A model generated the notes under the pieces. That model did no database searches, was not told the origin of the DNA, and worked only from the letters and a program-made list of their open reading frames with translations. A program made the translations under genes and the position numbers. Below, piece by piece: positions 58,948-64,000 of a stretch of 64,000 nt of DNA; the stretch's first letter is position 1; each line of letters begins with the position of its first letter. The stretch lies in NCBI GenBank assembly GCA_012295275.1, contig CM022679.1:22630001-22694000 (forward strand), given 5' to 3'. This DNA comes from Chrysomallon squamiferum. Taxonomy: Eukaryota > Animalia > Mollusca.

Positions 58948-60053
58948 TTTTATTTTTTTTTTTTTATTTTATTTTTTTGTTTTTTTTTCATTTCTGGAAA
59001 GTGATGAGATCTCAGGGCTGACAACTTCACAAAGTTAGAAAATCCTTTTAAAAAGCTGCCGTTCCTGAAATTTAAAGTTTAATAAAAAAATAAATAAATT
59101 TAGACTGCTAATTAGTTCCCAAATCAAGGATTTCAAATGCATCGAACAGTGACCAGACACGGCTGGTTTGCTCTGTTTGCAATGCCAGTTAGAAGTCATG
59201 TAAAAAAGTAAGCACATTACAAAACCGCTACAACATTAACCTGAGAAAAAAACTTATAAAAAAGATCGATTATTAACATGTACTTAGTTAAACAGATCAA
59301 ATGTTAAGTTCATTATCATTACATAAATGGACAGAGATAAAAATGAAAAGGATTGTGATGATCTTCATCATAATAACAACAACAACAACAATTAATTAAT
59401 TAATAATAATAATAATATAGTTTAAAATCAAGGTATGTCAAGTCGTCAGTTAGGTATTCACTTCAGTTTTTATTTGTATCCATAGTGGCCATCATAATAA
59501 CCAACATCATCATCATCATCGTCATTATCACAGCCATCTTTATTCTTCTTCATCTTTAAAATTCTATTTCAGATACAACGTCCATGAATGCCACCTCGAA
59601 ACGTCAGAGTTTTCGGTTTCAAGAAGCAGCCATTTTGAAAAGAGCGACACCTAGTTCTATATTTAACATAATCATTATAATGACTATACTTCCATTTAAT
59701 GTTAACAAGAAATAAAAACAAATCTTTTAGTTGTTATTGTGTCTTTTTGGATTCGGAGATTTGCTATTTCTTTCATTTATTTCCGTAATAATAATGATGA
59801 GTGACGGTGATGATGATGATGATATTGATAATAATGATGATGACGTGATGATGGTGGTGATGATAACAAAAACATAAGTAATGAAACAAGAATAATTATA
59901 ATTATAATAACAACAAAAATCTTGATGTAGTTGATGATCATCATCATAATTCATTTGTTTCTGACATACCCATATAGCCATTTAACAAAATGGTTAAAGT
60001 TTTAATATACTTCATACTTTCAATTCAAAAGAATTATATGAAATAAAAAGATG

Positions 60054-60103
<50 letters not shown>

Positions 60104-60911
60104 TCTGAAACAGAAAAGAAAGAAAGAAAGAAAAACAGAAAGATTTAGAAATTACACAAAAACATACAGGAAATACGAATTAAGTAGACTGGTTTTCAAT
60201 CTAATATATATCAACAGTAGTTTTAAAGAACTATAAAATTAACGAAACCGAATTTATTTGTGGAATGAAAAACAAACCCCATAATAATAAAAAAAAAAAA
60301 AAACAGAAATGTTCAAATATCTACTTCATTAAAATGAGATATATCATTTTGACTTTTCTTCGTTTCGTTTAAGCCACAGGTGAAGGGACATAACCCTTAT
60401 AATCTTGTTTATATAACTGAATTATTTGCCCCTAACTGGCTCATGCCCGATCAGTGACTGAAAAAAGTCTGTACCGTTACAACTGAGTTTTATTGTATTG
60501 ATGATGAAGACGATGGTGACAATGATGATATATCGTGAATAATAAAAATAATAATACACATAATAATAGTAATTAGTAGAAAAATGAGAACAAGATACAA
60601 AAGCAACAACAACAATAATAGTAATACTAACATTAAGAAGAAGAAGACCCAGTGATAATAATAGTAATAATAATAATAATAATATCAACAACAGCAAAAG
60701 CAAAAACAAAGACAATACACAACAATACTAAGATTAATATATTGATTAATAGTAGAATGATTAATATATTAGTAGCAATAGTTGTAACGAAATAATATCA
60801 AAAATAATAATAATTATTATTATTATTAATAATATCATCATCTTGATCATCATTATCATTAACATCACCACCACCATAATACCAATAATATGATAATAAT
60901 AATAATAATAA

Positions 60912-60942
<31 letters not shown>

Positions 60943-61051
60943 AAGAAGAAGAAGAAGGAGAAGAAGAAGAAGAAGAAGAATTATTATTAGTATTAGTAGT
61001 GTTATTATTAGAATTGTTATTAATATTTATTATTACTATTATTACTACTAC

Positions 61052-61124
<73 letters not shown>

Positions 61125-61531
61125 TTCATCATGTTCATTTCAAAGGTAGTTATATGTATTCTTCTGAGTGTAGAAAAAAAAAAAAGAAAAAAAAAGAAGA
61201 AGAGCAATATATAAAACATTCTTTACCCGTAAAATATTCTTAGTGAAAAATTCTTAACATACATCTAATACCTAAAATAAGCTGTCACTGTTTAGTTGTC
61301 TTTATAAGTGTATTTATTAACACATGGATCCCAACGCCAACAGGTGCAGAGATATTTTCGATCTGAAATAAAAATAATCTTCCTGGATAAATAAAACAAA
61401 CAGGAAAAATATTTTTATCACCTGAGTAACAGAAAAAATATTTAGGTTTTTTATCAGTAACAAAACTATCCAAGCCTAGCAACAGACGAAGCGTTTTAAT
61501 ATTGTTTTGTCAAACTTTCTGCGCCTTGATA

Positions 61532-61545
61532 GTTGCCATGGTAAC
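61532..61545. promoter_or_regulatory. RFX X-box-like site GTTGCCATGGTAAC
   Basis: One mismatch from the palindromic X-box GTTGCCATGGCAAC. Confidence 0.45.
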
Positions 61546-61909
61546 CAGTAATGCGGCTGTCGCAATGTCAACATGGGTTACTCATAATCAGAAATTAATG
61601 ATTGTTTGAAAACGCGTTTCCTGTTACTAATATGAGAAAAATCAAGATTATAGACGGATATCTTTTAGATTTACGTTATTAGTCACAGCGGGGGGGGTGG
61701 AAAAATTATTTATTCTTTCTTTTTTTTAAATTTTTAGCTTCTTGATATTGTTACCTTGTTATTTTTTTACCTTTGTCTTGTTTAGGGAATTACGATGACC
61801 TAATTTGTAATAGTTAGTTTAGGGTAGATTAATACACATAATATTATATTTAAATGTGTATATGGATGTAGATGGACAGAATTAATATAAGTAGGCAGAT
61901 AGGTAGAAA

Positions 61910-61952
<43 letters not shown>

Positions 61953-62624
61953 GACTGTCTATATGTCTGTCAATTAGTCTGTATCATTATTTTTCTATCC
62001 TATCTGTCCATTTATCCATATATATATATATATAAACACACATGTACACATACATACACACTACGATCACATTCACTGAAACATGATCACGAGAAACTAA
62101 TTAAAAAAAAAAAACACCCAATAATTAAACATATATTTACAATCCTAACACCTACTTGACCCGCCCACCCCCTACCACCCTCGCCCCATTATACACGCAG
62201 CTACTTCCATAAGTGAAGCTTAAGATCAGTAACCGAACGAGTATATATATATATATGTATATATATATAGATTACGTATTATTATAATCATCGTTCTCGG
62301 GGCCGAGTTATCATACACAGGGATGGTACAACGTCTGTACATCACTCTTACTTCTAGTCAAAGTCCTGTCACGATTCATGTCGAGTTTAACAATAACAAG
62401 CAACCGCGCGCATGACGCAGACTAGGAAGTCCAGAGTACAACGTGAGATCGGCTTACTGTTAACTGACAACAAGGTTAGCGTGGAAAACACTCGTGTTCC
62501 TGGGTGGGTGCAACACGTCGCAGAAATTTTGTGTATGAAAAAATACGTCGTAGTTTACACAACACGTACATCTTTGCTGTTTCTGTTTCTTTTTGACTAT
62601 GTTTCTTTCATTTCCGCTCCTGAT

Positions 62625-62740
<116 letters not shown>

Positions 62741-63077
62741 GAATTTTTTTTTATTTTAACTCCACGTCCGTTATTTTAATTCATTGTATTTATAATACAT
62801 GTCGTATCCTATTGACATTATATCAATTCAGGATGTCTGAAGTGCGTTATAAATTTACATAAACGTGAGACACCTTTTTTTTTTTTTTCCTTTATTTTCC
62901 ACTTAACTACTTTCCTGTTTGGTTCTGAATAAAATTATTGCTCTTTTAAGTACACCGTTAATAAATATTTCTTTACTCAGCCTACAAACATTTTTCCTTA
63001 TTGATGTTTATCAGAAAATACGAAAAGAGAATATATTTAAAATATTATTATTATTATTATTATTAAAATAAATAAAT

Positions 63078-63120
<43 letters not shown>

Positions 63121-63289
63121 GTAGGCCAAATATACAATATAGGTTATAATCTTCATATAAGCGATCTTCGTGAATATATAAACAAGGGATGAAAACCTAT
63201 CCTGTGTGTGACATAAAGCATGTACCACCATCTGTTATATACAAATCGCGGAGCAGTGGTTGGAACGAGATATAATGATATGAACTCAC

Positions 63290-63327
<38 letters not shown>

Positions 63328-63349
63328 GAATTGTTTGACATGATGATTA

Positions 63350-63399
<50 letters not shown>

Positions 63400-63558
63400 T
63401 ATATTTTTTCGGCAGTTTCTAAATGTAAGTAAATACCTTCAAGATGACCGGTGTATTTTTGGACAGAAGTAGATATACGGTTCTCAAAAACAGTTATCAT
63501 GTTAAACTAAGTGAAAACATTATTATTTATAAATGTACTTAAGGTAAATACATTATTC

Positions 63559-63631
<73 letters not shown>

Positions 63632-63772
63632 TTATCTATCTATCTCTATCTCTCTCTCTTCCTCTGACTTCTTTCTCTTTCTTTTTTTCTCTCTCTCTCT
63701 CTCTCACTCATTCTGTCTCATTCTATATATATATATATTTATCTATCTTTCTGTTACCACATTCTTAATTTC

Positions 63773-63803
<31 letters not shown>

Positions 63804-63879
63804 TGTTATTCCTTAACACACCCATACTATTTAATTTCAAACTTTTGAATAATTCATTAGCATGCATTAGACGTAATTT

Positions 63880-64000
63880 AGCCGGTTATCTTATCTAGGT
63901 CACGTGACAAACCACGTCTCTGCCGCCCGGGACAGTCACAGCGCGCGCAGTGGAAGCAGGTGGAACGGTCTCACATCACTCTTAGTTTTTCCTTCGGCTT
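63880..64000. promoter_or_regulatory. Probable promoter of a neighbouring gene: GC/CpG-rich with palindromic E-box GTCACGTGAC (63899-63908)
   Basis: Abrupt GC rise (gccgcccggg, gcgcgcgc) and a USF/MiT-TFE-type extended E-box. Confidence 0.45.

Noticed and set aside
59572-59715. Acceptor-preceded short open frame (DTTSMNATSKRQSFRFQEAA...) and a reverse-strand CAAAATGGCT
   Set aside because: No partner exons or homology can be recognised, so a gene cannot be supported.

Overview
This is AT-rich, microsatellite-dense eukaryotic (animal, probably invertebrate/mollusc-like; inference only) genomic DNA. Nearly all long ORFs in the supplied track are simple-repeat artefacts. The real content is as follows. 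(1) A cluster of three paralogous 4-exon class A (rhodopsin-like) orphan GPCR genes with identical intron positions and phases: A on the minus strand (14992-20491), B on the plus strand (33574-48448, with a +1 frameshift in exon 4 and a degenerate LINE in intron 3), and C on the plus strand (54237-57312). All three share non-canonical motifs (ERR for DRY, NVxLY for NPxxY, an invariant PQNLHDISH, almost no N-terminus). (2) A 4-exon plus-strand gene (8453-11574) for a compact RPA70-like protein: an Asn/Ile-rich N-terminal motif, eight 14-aa SQ-rich repeats, then a DBD-A-like OB fold fused directly to a Zn-ribbon DBD-C-like OB fold. (3) The 3' part of a related gene built from small symmetric phase-1 exons (70-3119), followed by a relic of the RPA-like C-terminus. 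(4) A complex local duplication (about 3985-7965 vs 11526-15330) that copied GPCR A exon 4 to 7627-7851, so the RPA-like gene sits antisense between two copies of the GPCR last exon. (5) A ~210-bp tandem array, several minisatellites, two long inverted-repeat pairs bracketing exons 2-4 of GPCR A and GPCR B, and promoter-like motifs. All gene models were built by eye from splice signals and phase and have no transcript support.
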